IMG/VR virus record: IMGVR_UViG_3300021600_000632
Coordinates: 1 to 57,567 of that record
Direction: 5' to 3' (one strand)
From: a virus
Taxonomy: Duplodnaviria > Caudoviricetes
Length of the DNA stretch: 57,567 nt
The notes beneath the pieces are model-generated. The model did no database searches, was not told the origin of the DNA, and saw nothing but the letters and a program-made list of their open reading frames with translations. Both the position numbers and the translations under genes were made by a program. The stretch's first letter is position 1. Every line of letters starts with the position of its first letter. Positions 17,079-27,583 of this stretch are shown here, in pieces.

Positions 17079-17753
17079 CTATTTCTCATTTTCTATATCT
17101 GGAATTACAAAGATATATTTCTGCTCCCAGTCTTGACTAGGTAGCACAGCTAACGTTTGTCGATAACCACCCAGGGAGGAATATCGACGATTTGTTAAAC
17201 AAAACACATACTTTTGACTACCATAAGCTATTGGCTCCATCGCTACAGCGAACCTTTCACCTTCTGCTAAATGTAAATCCTCTCGCCCTAAATACAATGC
17301 TGTTTCGGTCTGACAAAGATCAAATCCGATATCCATAGCTTTTTTATTAACCTCATTGAGATTACTCAAGTAATCTACACCAAGCGTTTTATAGTCAATA
17401 AATGCTATTCTTATTTTTTTTGGAGTATCTGACAGAATGCAATTTATACTCCTAACTACTCCAATCCTAGTGCTTTCAGCGGGTCCTATAATTTCAGATT
17501 CAAGCTTGTTTTTATCAAGAGTGCCACCAATTAACAACTCCTTGGTCTGTATTTGCTCTTTAATTAAAAATTTTTCAAGACTAACATGTCGCTTAAATTC
17601 AAGAACAATATCAAGCAGCTCCTGTGATAAATCTTCAATCTCAGCGAAGTTTTTTCCAGTATCAATATTTGCAATATGCTCACCCATAATTAATACTTGC
17701 TCTTTAAGGTATTCTAATTTGTATTTTAGCTGTGGGCAATTATTATTGTTCAT
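17079..17753 (-). CDS. CPQLK-leader protein, family C domain
   Basis: MNNNNCPQLK; LG..A..IGFDLC..AMEPI..VF pattern shared with 17756..18463. Confidence 0.8.
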   Translation of the reverse strand: MNNNNCPQLKYKLEYLKEQVLIMGEHIANIDTGKNFAEIEDLSQELLDIVLEFKRHVSLEKFLIKEQIQTKELLIGGTLDKNKLESEIIGPAESTRIGVVRSINCILSDTPKKIRIAFIDYKTLGVDYLSNLNEVNKKAMDIGFDLCQTETALYLGREDLHLAEGERFAVAMEPIAYGSQKYVFCLTNRRYSSLGGYRQTLAVLPSQDWEQKYIFVIPDIENEK

Positions 17754-17755
17754 CT

Positions 17756-18463
17756 TTAAACTTTAAATATATATTCGCCAAAATTTGCCTGAGACTTGTA
17801 AGATTTTGCACTAATCAATGGATTAACCTCCTCAACTCTAATAAATATCATATTATTGTCCCTGACATCAGTGATTGGATCCACAGGAAAATTATACATA
17901 CCCTGCTTTGCATTTTTTTGACTAGCGAACTGTTCAATAAAAGATACAATGGACTGTGCCGGACAAAGTTCGAAGCCCATACTCTGAGCCCTTTTTACCA
18001 GCTCTACTGACGTTGCACCGTCTTCCAGACCGATTTCATGTGCATCAACACAAACTAACCTTAATTTATTTGGACATGTCTCGCTCAAATCAAATCCTAT
18101 CTGTTCGCGCGTTTTATGAAAGAGCGCAATATTCAATAGTGTGTCTGCGGCCGTTTTATCCATTTCAAGACCGAAGTTTTTCAATTTAGCAATAGTGCCC
18201 TTGTTGGCCAGACAAGAAGGATCTACATTAACCTCCACTAGACCAAACTTTTTAAATAGCTCGTCCTTGCGTAGTTGCACAAGATTTATTTTTAACTCAC
18301 CTACCAAATCCTCTAATTTAGCCAACTTATCAAGCATAAAACCAATTTCGTTAGGTTTACAACTACCATCTTTAAGTATTTTAACCTCTGTATTCAGCAA
18401 ATTTTTCTTTGCGATAATATTTACTAGCTGTTTTTTTAGTTGTGGGCAATTCAAATTAGACAT
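17756..18463 (-). CDS. CPQLK-leader protein, family C domain
   Basis: MSNLNCPQLKKQL; IGLEDGAT..RAQSMGFELCPA. Confidence 0.8.
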   Translation of the reverse strand: MSNLNCPQLKKQLVNIIAKKNLLNTEVKILKDGSCKPNEIGFMLDKLAKLEDLVGELKINLVQLRKDELFKKFGLVEVNVDPSCLANKGTIAKLKNFGLEMDKTAADTLLNIALFHKTREQIGFDLSETCPNKLRLVCVDAHEIGLEDGATSVELVKRAQSMGFELCPAQSIVSFIEQFASQKNAKQGMYNFPVDPITDVRDNNMIFIRVEEVNPLISAKSYKSQANFGEYIFKV

Positions 18464-18466
18464 AAA

Positions 18467-19381
18467 TTATTTATCAATACGAACAACCAGACGAAAACCA
18501 ATATTCTGACTTCTGTACTCGCTGTTAAAATGTCCAATACCGGAGAAGCCATTTTTTGTAGAGCTGCCAGAGCAGATCGTTGAGCCCAGACTAGCAAAAT
18601 CATTGTTTAACCATTCCATAGTGCTGGTCTTGCTCCACTCAGGATGATGTATATTACCTAAAAAGTAATACTCTGGTAATCTTGGCAAGCCAACTTGAGT
18701 CCACTCTACATTTAACAAGTCAGCAAATGCTTGTTTAACACCAATTTTACTCTCTAGTTCTATTGGCGTTTGTCCATACCTTGATGACTGACTGATCTGC
18801 ATTTTTTTGTCAGATGCTTGTTGCTTTGAGGCCTTAACTTTTGGCTCGGCCTCAAGTAACCCCATAGCCTTTAACTTAACAATTACTGGAGCCAAGCTAT
18901 CATTATTATACTCAGTAACCGGCTCACTTATTTCCGGCTTTGGGCAAGTATCAACTAATATCCAACAGCCATTTAGCTCGAATTTTGAAAAAAATCCAAG
19001 TGATGCACCAAATTGATATAAACTATTTTTTAAATTATTATCAAAATCTTCAAAGCTCGTCTTAGGCAAGCAATGAAGTTTAAAACCCAGTCTTTCCCAG
19101 TTTCTTATTTTTTCATGAGTAACTGACTTCGGAAATTCTGGCAACTCAACTTCACGTTTGAAAAAACGGCCTATCTTTTGTCTCTCTCTTTTTTGCAACA
19201 TCAAACCAACCGGCAGCAGTTCTTCAAGCTTAATCATTAAAGATGAGAGCATGTTTATCATCTTATCTAAATCAGATAAACCTTGTTTATCAACATCAAC
19301 AATCATCAACTCTATATCGGCCTGAATTTTATCAATTTCTTGAAGCTGTTTTTTTAGTTGTGGGCAGTTTATATTTTGCAT
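18467..19381 (-). CDS. CPQLK-leader protein + CLec/FGE-like domain, family A
   Basis: MQNINCPQLKKQL; GCWILVD..KP, LPR..E..LGNIHHPEW, EW, GFRLVVR. Confidence 0.85.
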   Translation of the reverse strand: MQNINCPQLKKQLQEIDKIQADIELMIVDVDKQGLSDLDKMINMLSSLMIKLEELLPVGLMLQKRERQKIGRFFKREVELPEFPKSVTHEKIRNWERLGFKLHCLPKTSFEDFDNNLKNSLYQFGASLGFFSKFELNGCWILVDTCPKPEISEPVTEYNNDSLAPVIVKLKAMGLLEAEPKVKASKQQASDKKMQISQSSRYGQTPIELESKIGVKQAFADLLNVEWTQVGLPRLPEYYFLGNIHHPEWSKTSTMEWLNNDFASLGSTICSGSSTKNGFSGIGHFNSEYRSQNIGFRLVVRIDK

Positions 19382-19383
19382 AA

Positions 19384-20259
19384 CTATTTATTTTCATTCA
19401 ATCTGGCCATTAATCTAAAGCCGGTATTATCTGAGCTTCGTTCGAAACCAGTTAGGCCAACAGACGATAGATTGTTATCACCAACCCAGCCCGCCACAAG
19501 ATTTTTCACAATTAATTGGCTATCAGCCAGCCATTCATTACATTCCGTATCGCCCCATTCTGGATGATGCATATTTCCCAAAACACTATATTCTATCGCT
19601 CTAGGCAACCCCAAGCTTTCAACTGGCACGTTAATTACATACGCCAGTTCATTTAAAATACTCTGGCTCTTTAGTTCCCGAGCTGTAATATTAAATCTTG
19701 AACCACCCTTATCAATACTTTTGATTGCAAAAATGCTTCGCAAATATGCCAAGACGTCACCAAGTAAGTCATCAACGTAACCATCTCTAGATTTTTTAAT
19801 TCCTTCAATAAGTATCCACCCAGCCTTAAGTCTTGTTGAGTTTGCTGGTAAAGTGCCGTCGGCAACTAAATCATAAAAACTTTTATCAAGCTTATTTTGC
19901 CAGCCAGGACAACCAACATCTTTTGACATATCCACATCTGGTAAGTAATGAAGCTCCATGCCAAGTTCTTGCCATTCCATATACTGCTCGGGCGTAACAG
20001 TTGCTGGCACATGCAGCACCTTAATTTTATTACCAAAGAATTTTTCCAAGGCAACTGCCTCTTGCCTAATTATCTTTCGGTCAAACAATAACGCATCAAA
20101 GGTAAGTATCGCATTGGTCAACTCCTCTAATTTATCATTTATATATTCAATTTTTACGTCCTTGTGGCTAGGAACCTGCAATAACTCAACAACACCGTTT
20201 TCAAGCGCTTTTAGTGTGGCTAAATTATTTTTCAGACTCGGACAGTTAATATTTGACAT
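19384..20259 (-). CDS. CPSLK-leader protein + CLec/FGE-like domain, family A
   Basis: MSNINCPSLK; ELHYLP, LPRAIEYSVLGN, EW, GFRLMAR. Confidence 0.85.
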   Translation of the reverse strand: MSNINCPSLKNNLATLKALENGVVELLQVPSHKDVKIEYINDKLEELTNAILTFDALLFDRKIIRQEAVALEKFFGNKIKVLHVPATVTPEQYMEWQELGMELHYLPDVDMSKDVGCPGWQNKLDKSFYDLVADGTLPANSTRLKAGWILIEGIKKSRDGYVDDLLGDVLAYLRSIFAIKSIDKGGSRFNITARELKSQSILNELAYVINVPVESLGLPRAIEYSVLGNMHHPEWGDTECNEWLADSQLIVKNLVAGWVGDNNLSSVGLTGFERSSDNTGFRLMARLNENK

Positions 20260-20268
20260 TCAATATAT

Positions 20269-20907
20269 TTATTTAGGCCAGGTTTTTACCCAACTCTTGC
20301 CTTGTTCATTAAATCCAAAGATCATCTGGTTCTCCATGTTACCATCCACAAGGACACCACGATTTATCTCCGTATCTCTTTGCATGCTTGCCTCACCTCT
20401 AACATCAATACTCCCAGATTTAAGCATAAATGCATATGACAGACCGTCGGTGACCTCACCGGTATTTTCGTATTCACTAAAATCTTTTATATCGCCCTCA
20501 CTAGCCATTAACATTAATAAATTCCCTTGCTGATCAATAATTTCAGACACCAATTTCAACTTGGCAAAATCATCACCCAATTCTGCAGTAAACTTCTTAA
20601 ATAAATCAACAATTTCCTGTCGACTAAAAATAACCTTGCCGAGCATTTGCGAAGTTACGAACTGACTAACAAAATGCTCACTTTTTGGCATCAAGTCATC
20701 CAAGCCACGCTCTTTTTTAATATTTCGCACAATATCCTTCACACAATAAAGCTGAGCGATCGCAAATCGCTCTTTTTGTATTCCCTGATCCAAATCATGA
20801 ATATCAACTGCCTGATCAACATCCTTAATACTCTCGCCAAAATCAACTAAAGCTTGGGCTAGTTTTTGAAATTCATTTTTTAGTTGTGGGCAGTTTGGAT
20901 TATTCAT
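20269..20907 (-). CDS. CPQLK-leader protein with an unassigned C-terminal domain
   Basis: MNNPNCPQLK; remainder unlike its neighbours. Confidence 0.8.
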   Translation of the reverse strand: MNNPNCPQLKNEFQKLAQALVDFGESIKDVDQAVDIHDLDQGIQKERFAIAQLYCVKDIVRNIKKERGLDDLMPKSEHFVSQFVTSQMLGKVIFSRQEIVDLFKKFTAELGDDFAKLKLVSEIIDQQGNLLMLMASEGDIKDFSEYENTGEVTDGLSYAFMLKSGSIDVRGEASMQRDTEINRGVLVDGNMENQMIFGFNEQGKSWVKTWPK

Positions 20908-22066
20908 AATTTATATCAAAAACCTTTTCACCTTTTTTATTTATATAGTAAGACGCGCCACCTTTACTAACAAACGCAATATCACCAACGAAGGGATTCG
21001 TTTTACTGAAAGAATCTTTTATTGCTAATTCGCCACTCTTATTGATATACCCCCACCTACCGTTTATCATTATCGAAGCAAGGCCTTCATAAAAATCAGA
21101 TACTACATTAAATGAATTTCCATAAAAATTTTGACCACTTTTAAAAATAATATTTTCACCCCTATCTATTGCAATTATCTCTTCGTTAACAACTGCCCAA
21201 GCAATACCATCACTAAACTGTCGTAAAAATTGGTATTTTTTATTTGATACTTTTTCTCCATCAAGACCTACAAAATAGCAAGAATCTTTTTCTTTAATGA
21301 CCGCCAACCCATCTTTAAAATCTGAAACAGCTTCACCATACATTTCATATAGCTCGTCTCCTGTATTGTCAATTAAGATCGTATCATCGCCAAATTTAAC
21401 AAACGCTCTTTCATTATGAAACTCACCAGCTTCATCATATTCACCAAAAACCTTTTCACCCTTACTATTTATATAAAAACAATCATTGTCCTGTTTGACC
21501 GAGCAAAACCCCTCACTAAATCGCCCAACATCGTCATAGCATTCATCGTTCAAACTACCTCCATCTTTAGTCACAAAATTATATCCAGTTCCAAGATTCC
21601 AATGTGCAACACCTTCATAAAAATCACTAACATCTTGATAGCCAGATCCAATTTCCTCACCATTTTCATCTATCCAAGTCCAATCGCCATACATGCTTAC
21701 CCTGGCCATGCCTTCGTGAAAATCACAAACCTCATCATAGTCAACTCCAATTTTTTGCCCTGACTTATCGATAAAAAATTGTCTATCACCCTGAATTACT
21801 TTTGCACGATCATCAATAAATCTACCAACAAAATTATAATTAAATTTCTCGGCTAGTTTAAGCCTATACTTTAAACCAAAAAACGCCTCATTTGTTTTGA
21901 TCAGTTCTATTTGATTTTGAAGATCATCAATAACTGCTGAAAAATTTTCCAATTCACCAATATTTGTAGCTTCGTGAATATGACTAACAAAATTATGTGC
22001 CTTATCTTCCAAGGCTTTTATTGCACTTAAACTCATTCTAAGTTGTGGACAGTATAAATTGTTCAT
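20900..22066 (-). CDS. CPQLR-leader protein + WG (KWG-type) repeat domain
   Basis: MNNLYCPQLR; repeated F.EG.A.V..(W)..I.K.G units. Confidence 0.87.
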   Translation of the reverse strand: MNNLYCPQLRMSLSAIKALEDKAHNFVSHIHEATNIGELENFSAVIDDLQNQIELIKTNEAFFGLKYRLKLAEKFNYNFVGRFIDDRAKVIQGDRQFFIDKSGQKIGVDYDEVCDFHEGMARVSMYGDWTWIDENGEEIGSGYQDVSDFYEGVAHWNLGTGYNFVTKDGGSLNDECYDDVGRFSEGFCSVKQDNDCFYINSKGEKVFGEYDEAGEFHNERAFVKFGDDTILIDNTGDELYEMYGEAVSDFKDGLAVIKEKDSCYFVGLDGEKVSNKKYQFLRQFSDGIAWAVVNEEIIAIDRGENIIFKSGQNFYGNSFNVVSDFYEGLASIMINGRWGYINKSGELAIKDSFSKTNPFVGDIAFVSKGGASYYINKKGEKVFDINYE

Positions 22067-22082
22067 AATTTTATATAAATTT

Positions 22083-23093
22083 TCAACTGCGAGAAAAGAC
22101 TACTCCAACATTGCGACGTGAATCGCTAAGCCCTCTGCCATAAACACTCGCACCGCCAAGATCAACATTACCAACATCGACTATATTACCAACCGAATCA
22201 CAGCGCATCGTCCATGCCTTAGTATTTTCCAATAATTTTTCATCATTATTCTGTCTATAACTAAAAATATCATATAAAACCTCGGCGGGAGTTTGCCTGG
22301 ATAACTGATTGATTTTCAATGCCGAGAGCTCACGTGCGTACTTTTTAGAGGTCGGACCACTAATTAAATCTTGAATCTCACCATCAGTTTTGCCTTTAAA
22401 ATTCTTCACAAAGTAATCAACATACTCATCCATGGCTTCGATAAATTTTCTTGGTATAGCAGTGCCGCCACACTCTGTGTTGAATAAATCATCTACATAA
22501 TCATAAAGAACTCTCGTTTGCTCGAAATAATTCTTATCCGTTGAGGCTGGAATAATTTCTTTGGAAGTTAGCGACCATCTGAATTTAATTGGATCGTTTT
22601 GCCAAAAATCTTCTAGACTAAACAACTCTTTCAAATCAGCTAATTCCTTGTAGGTAATTTTTCCTTTTTGACTTTCGTCATAACCACCGTCCAATAAGCT
22701 AGCTCGTACTCGCTCCATAGTCAATGGTTGACCTTCACGGTCTATATCAGAACGCAATACCAAGAACTGACCAAGCTCTTTGGCTTTAATTAATTCCTCT
22801 TTTGAGAATTGAATAGCCGGAATATTTTCTTTTGAAATCTCAATGCCAAAAGCTTTTTTGACCTCATCTGGCCCCAACACCTCCCTGGTACCCATGATTT
22901 CTTTGGCACGCTCAATTGATACTGGTGTTTGTTTTTTTAACTCTTTTAATAATACTTCGGCCTGATTCAAGTTTGCTTGAACATCAAAGATATTTTTTTT
23001 GTTAACAACACCAATCTCCATCTTAATTACTGATTGAAGCTTCTTGAGTTCTTTGAGTTGTGATTTTAGTTGTGGGCAATTCAAATTACTCAT
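22083..23093 (-). CDS. CPQLK-leader protein + CLec-like domain, family B
   Basis: MSNLNCPQLK; RQTPAEVLYD, LLEN..WT, G..V.VG, terminal GVVFSRS resembling CPR DGR-target ends. Confidence 0.8.
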   Translation of the reverse strand: MSNLNCPQLKSQLKELKKLQSVIKMEIGVVNKKNIFDVQANLNQAEVLLKELKKQTPVSIERAKEIMGTREVLGPDEVKKAFGIEISKENIPAIQFSKEELIKAKELGQFLVLRSDIDREGQPLTMERVRASLLDGGYDESQKGKITYKELADLKELFSLEDFWQNDPIKFRWSLTSKEIIPASTDKNYFEQTRVLYDYVDDLFNTECGGTAIPRKFIEAMDEYVDYFVKNFKGKTDGEIQDLISGPTSKKYARELSALKINQLSRQTPAEVLYDIFSYRQNNDEKLLENTKAWTMRCDSVGNIVDVGNVDLGGASVYGRGLSDSRRNVGVVFSRS

Positions 23094-26000
23094 ATTGTTT
23101 TAAGTTTTCCGTCATCACGTCTTCGATTTTTTCCTTAACCATTTTGACAAGTAGCGTACTGAACTGATCAACTATTTCTTGAGGCGTATTGGCTGAGATT
23201 ACATTCCCAACACCCAAACGATCCTCAAGTGATTTTTTAGCTCCATCGCTACCAATGGCCATTCCGCCAACTCCTACATTCATTCTTCTTAACTTTTCGG
23301 CTATTTCAGCGGCTTCATAACCATCAATCTCACCATCAGAAATCTGAAATATCATCTCGGTCATTTTCTGATCTTTTAGCAAGCGCTGAATTATCTCATC
23401 TTGATGTTGTGCTTCGAGTATCTGCCAACAATCATCGTCCTGAGTACCACCCATAGCCTTTATTTTCTTAAATGAACGTATTGTTGAGATAGTTTCGTAG
23501 TCAGCATCTTGCGTTGGTGCTGTACCTTCTGCTTTTTCAAGAAACGACAAATCTTCTATATCAAAACGTTTCACTTGATGAGTACTACTCTCAAAACCAA
23601 GAATCTGCAGATCGGTTAAAACATCTTCCTTGGCAGCTGCTGGTCCAATAATACGCTCAAGCTCGTTCTTGAATAATACCCGAAAGCTACGGAGCGAGGA
23701 ATTAATCAACATTACAGCCATTCTTACGGCATCAATATTACCACTCATACTACCAGACAAATCAACTAAAAGATTCACTCTAAGTAATTTTGGACGCAAC
23801 TCTGCGACAATCTTTTCGATAAACTGTTCGTAGACACGTTTTTGGTCAAAGCCATAACCTAATTCAATTTCGGGCCAATGTCTTTGCAAGCGTTTAGCAT
23901 CTAGTTTACCCTCGCGGTAATATTTGTCTTTAAGGATCTCAAATTTCTGACTAATATTGCGTACAACATCTGACCATGTCTCTGCCATCTTATTGGCATA
24001 TGGTGCTAACTCGTTTTCAAGTTTCTTGAATTGATCATACAACTCGGCATCAACCTCAAGTGGATCTTCTTTATAGCCTCCGCTACCAGCCCCTGAACCG
24101 GACATTTTTTTTAAAATACGATCCTTGTCTCTCTCGGCAGCCTGTTTAGCTTGAAATTCTGGACTCTTGAGCTGAGCCTCAACGTCTTTGAGTGTTTTTT
24201 CTCGCTTATCTTGCGCCATCATATCACGCAATGATTTTTCCATATCACTCATTGCCTCACCCAAATCAACATCCTCCCCGTTTTCACCCGAAGACTCTCC
24301 ACTACCATCACTCCTTTCCTTCTTTTCTTTTTCCTTCGACTGCAGATCTTTATCTTGTTGATCTTTATCCTTACTCTTTTCTTTTGAATCTTTATTCTTC
24401 TTGTCTTTTTTCTCCTTCGGCTCGCGTTTACGCTTATCATCTTTACTAACACTCTGACCACCATCATCAGCTTCATCGTAAAGCAAGATCAGTTCCTGGT
24501 CTGGACGAAAGAATACTTCTGTCTTAGTCGAAACGCCTACGCCTGAAGCCATAGCCTGCTCTTCATCAAAATACCTAACCTCAACAGATCTGACCCCATG
24601 AGTAGCCTCATCTGGAATTACATTTACAATCACTCCTTTCTGACCAGTTTTAGCATTCTTAACTTCGTCACCAGCTTTCCAGCTTGGCGACTCTTGATTT
24701 TCTGGTGAACTATCACCATCCTCGCCTTCACCTTCTTCACCTGGCTCTTTTTCTGGTGGCAATTTTACTTCGAAGTTATCATCTATAATGCACAATAAGG
24801 TATAAATAGGTTCAAGCACTTGACGCATAACTCGTGTACGTTCGGTTAGACCAAATTTAAGTGGACGAGTAGCCGAGTAGCCGCTAGCCGCCTTCGTTTC
24901 CTTAAACCGGTCAAATAATTCAATAAAGGTTAGACTATCAAAACTCTTGATACCCATACTTTGTTGAACGCGCCTAATCTTGGCTCCAAACTGAGCATTG
25001 GCCCACGCTGCATTAATGCATGGCTCAATTTGACCAGACTTTTGCTCCTTGTCAGTCATTAACACGCCATTATCATAAAGCTCACTCCCCACCTTTTCTG
25101 ATTCACCGTTTTTAAGCGCAAAATTATTTACCAAATGTACTTGTTTTAGGAAACGCGAATAGCGTTCAAGCTTTTCCGGTTCGGCCTGATTCTTATTATT
25201 AACTATACCGAGCAATGACTCGTATGCTTCGGCGAGTGGCTTTCGCAATACGATACTCGCCGCCTCACTCAGATGATGTTTACCATTTGGATTTTCTTTT
25301 TCATCATAAACATCTTGTGGTTTCATGCCAATCATCTGGTTCTTGATAAAAAAAGTCAGAAACTCACCAGCATTTTTAAGTTCAGGCCTTGCTTTGGTAA
25401 AATCGATACCTTTTTCATAATCGACTTCATCAAGTAAACGCAAATCTCCAGTACCTGTCTCAACTTTATGAATCTCACCCTTTTCATTTTGCGCAAAGTC
25501 ACCGCTAACTACGTCTTCATACAAAGAAAACATTTTGGTGGTATACATAGACTCGATACTTTCGGTACGCTTTTTACCCTCGGCTGTAAAGTTTGAGGCA
25601 AAGTATGCCGACTTCAGCACTAAGTGGTTGACCATGGCATCCTCAAGAATATTGTAATATTGACGATAGGTTGATGACAAAGATACGAACTTGCCAGGAT
25701 TATCTATGCTCGGGATTTTTTTACTGCGTTCATAGTTGAACTGCTCCAGTTGGTTATACTTACCAGCTGGATCAAGCTCCATCATGGTCTTGAGATGGGC
25801 AAATTCATGACAACCAACAAAAACAAATTGTTCCTCGGTCATCTTGCCGCCTTCGCGCATGGCCTTAAACTCTGGTGTCGACAAAGAGATCTTGTCCGCA
25901 CCTGGCTCATGATAAAAACCCATACCGCCAACGAGTTTGAATTTGGCATTGCGATTATCAAGAAAGGTTGTAAAAATATCCGACTTGGTGCGTGCCCATT

Positions 26001-26112
26001 CTTGTAGTTCATCTCTTTGGGTCCACAGTTCACGTGGTACACCATTTTCATCAAAGGGCTTTTCTTGTTTTACAGCATCAATTGATTCTATTTTTGGTTG
26101 AAATTGTTTCAT
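23086..26112 (-). CDS. Metallopeptidase-like (HExxH) + VWA domain protein, MoxR partner
   Basis: HEFAH and NILED in the N-terminal part; acidic/Lys-rich linkers; MIDAS LVDLSGSM..GGT..ISDG. Confidence 0.85.
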   Translation of the reverse strand: MKQFQPKIESIDAVKQEKPFDENGVPRELWTQRDELQEWARTKSDIFTTFLDNRNAKFKLVGGMGFYHEPGADKISLSTPEFKAMREGGKMTEEQFVFVGCHEFAHLKTMMELDPAGKYNQLEQFNYERSKKIPSIDNPGKFVSLSSTYRQYYNILEDAMVNHLVLKSAYFASNFTAEGKKRTESIESMYTTKMFSLYEDVVSGDFAQNEKGEIHKVETGTGDLRLLDEVDYEKGIDFTKARPELKNAGEFLTFFIKNQMIGMKPQDVYDEKENPNGKHHLSEAASIVLRKPLAEAYESLLGIVNNKNQAEPEKLERYSRFLKQVHLVNNFALKNGESEKVGSELYDNGVLMTDKEQKSGQIEPCINAAWANAQFGAKIRRVQQSMGIKSFDSLTFIELFDRFKETKAASGYSATRPLKFGLTERTRVMRQVLEPIYTLLCIIDDNFEVKLPPEKEPGEEGEGEDGDSSPENQESPSWKAGDEVKNAKTGQKGVIVNVIPDEATHGVRSVEVRYFDEEQAMASGVGVSTKTEVFFRPDQELILLYDEADDGGQSVSKDDKRKREPKEKKDKKNKDSKEKSKDKDQQDKDLQSKEKEKKERSDGSGESSGENGEDVDLGEAMSDMEKSLRDMMAQDKREKTLKDVEAQLKSPEFQAKQAAERDKDRILKKMSGSGAGSGGYKEDPLEVDAELYDQFKKLENELAPYANKMAETWSDVVRNISQKFEILKDKYYREGKLDAKRLQRHWPEIELGYGFDQKRVYEQFIEKIVAELRPKLLRVNLLVDLSGSMSGNIDAVRMAVMLINSSLRSFRVLFKNELERIIGPAAAKEDVLTDLQILGFESSTHQVKRFDIEDLSFLEKAEGTAPTQDADYETISTIRSFKKIKAMGGTQDDDCWQILEAQHQDEIIQRLLKDQKMTEMIFQISDGEIDGYEAAEIAEKLRRMNVGVGGMAIGSDGAKKSLEDRLGVGNVISANTPQEIVDQFSTLLVKMVKEKIEDVMTENLKQYE

Positions 26113-26124
26113 GTAAATTATAAA

Positions 26125-27582
26125 TTAATCATCATCCCAATCTTCCTCATATTCTGGCTCTAGCTTTTTTGGTGTAAATATTGTTTCACCTTTTTTGTTT
26201 ATGTAAAAACTTTCATCACTTTCATCTTTGCGCACTTGCCATAAACCATCTTTATAGCCATAAAATTGAGCAATATCTCTAATAATTTCTTTACCTTCCA
26301 TAGTATAACCATCATAGACCACGTCATTTCCCATTATTCTGCTGGATGTAAAAGTTATGCCATTACAGACATCACTTGGATCATATTCTGATTCGAAATT
26401 CGTAAAATATTTATTTAGCTGTCCTTGCTTGTCAATAAAACTCCAAGTCAAGAATTCTTCATTGCCAGGATATTCATTTTTCACCTTTGCATACCCTTCT
26501 TTAAACGAATGTACCTCAAATTGCCACACTTCAAGCAAAATAACCCCATTAGTATCTATGAAATTATATCTTAAATATTCCTCAGATTCGTCTGGTAAGT
26601 TATTCCCATGCTCATCTTCATATTCTTGAGTGAATCTTGTGCTCACTACTGCATAACCTTCAGAAAAAGATTTTACAGACTCATAGCCCTCAAAGCATAC
26701 TTCGCCTTTGAGATCCAAAAAATACTCATTACCCTCAAGGTCCTTAACTCTTGTGTAACCATTACTATATCCGTCAACCTCTTGATACTCACCTTCATGA
26801 AAAACTTTTCTTGTCGCCACGTCATAAAATACAAACTCATCACCTTGCTTTCCGGTAATAACACCTTCAGAATACTGTGAATAGTTAAGACTTGGCAAAT
26901 CACAAATCTGAGTGTAACTCTGATCTAATATCAAATCACCGCTAACGCCACCATGAATAATAACCACCCCGTCATTACTTTTGTCAACACCAAAACCACT
27001 ACGAACCTCGCGGAATATCTTCGACTCCTCTTCTAGCTTGTTTCCCTTTTTATCAATAAAATAATAAGGTGATGAATCGATACTTTTTTTTACGATTGCC
27101 CGACCATTAGCAAACTGACTAGCATATACAAATTCTCCATCACTAAAACCTCCGTAACCACAAATATAGCCATCTTTATTAAGGTATACATGTTTATTTT
27201 TTATCTTCACCACCGCCATGCCATCAGAAAAGTGTGAAACCAAACAAGCACCTTTTGAAAATCTATTCTTTACTCCACCCTCTTGATCAACAATAAACAG
27301 TTCCTCATCCTTCTCACCAAAAGCGCGACCTTCGGAAAATTTACTTAAAAAATTAAAACCATGGATTTTGGCGATCCTGTCACGAAATTTGATTTGATTT
27401 GGATCACTTTTTTCCGATAGTGCGCAGAATAATTCAGACACTGAGGCAAAACTTGCTTCAATGTCTTTAAAGTCAGTTGACTTGCCAGCCTGCAAAAAGC
27501 CTTGAAACTCAAGCTCAAAATCCTCAAGGTTTTTCTTAAGTTTTTGAAGATCTAATTTTATCACTGAACAATCGGTCTGCAT
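26125..27582 (-). CDS. Cys-leader protein (degenerate TDCSVIK) + WG repeat domain
   Basis: Start moved to MQTDCSVIK, 1 nt after the upstream stop; repeated FSEG.A.V..F.D..G units; acidic C-terminus. Confidence 0.82.
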   Translation of the reverse strand: MQTDCSVIKLDLQKLKKNLEDFELEFQGFLQAGKSTDFKDIEASFASVSELFCALSEKSDPNQIKFRDRIAKIHGFNFLSKFSEGRAFGEKDEELFIVDQEGGVKNRFSKGACLVSHFSDGMAVVKIKNKHVYLNKDGYICGYGGFSDGEFVYASQFANGRAIVKKSIDSSPYYFIDKKGNKLEEESKIFREVRSGFGVDKSNDGVVIIHGGVSGDLILDQSYTQICDLPSLNYSQYSEGVITGKQGDEFVFYDVATRKVFHEGEYQEVDGYSNGYTRVKDLEGNEYFLDLKGEVCFEGYESVKSFSEGYAVVSTRFTQEYEDEHGNNLPDESEEYLRYNFIDTNGVILLEVWQFEVHSFKEGYAKVKNEYPGNEEFLTWSFIDKQGQLNKYFTNFESEYDPSDVCNGITFTSSRIMGNDVVYDGYTMEGKEIIRDIAQFYGYKDGLWQVRKDESDESFYINKKGETIFTPKKLEPEYEEDWDDD

Positions 27583-27583
27583 A

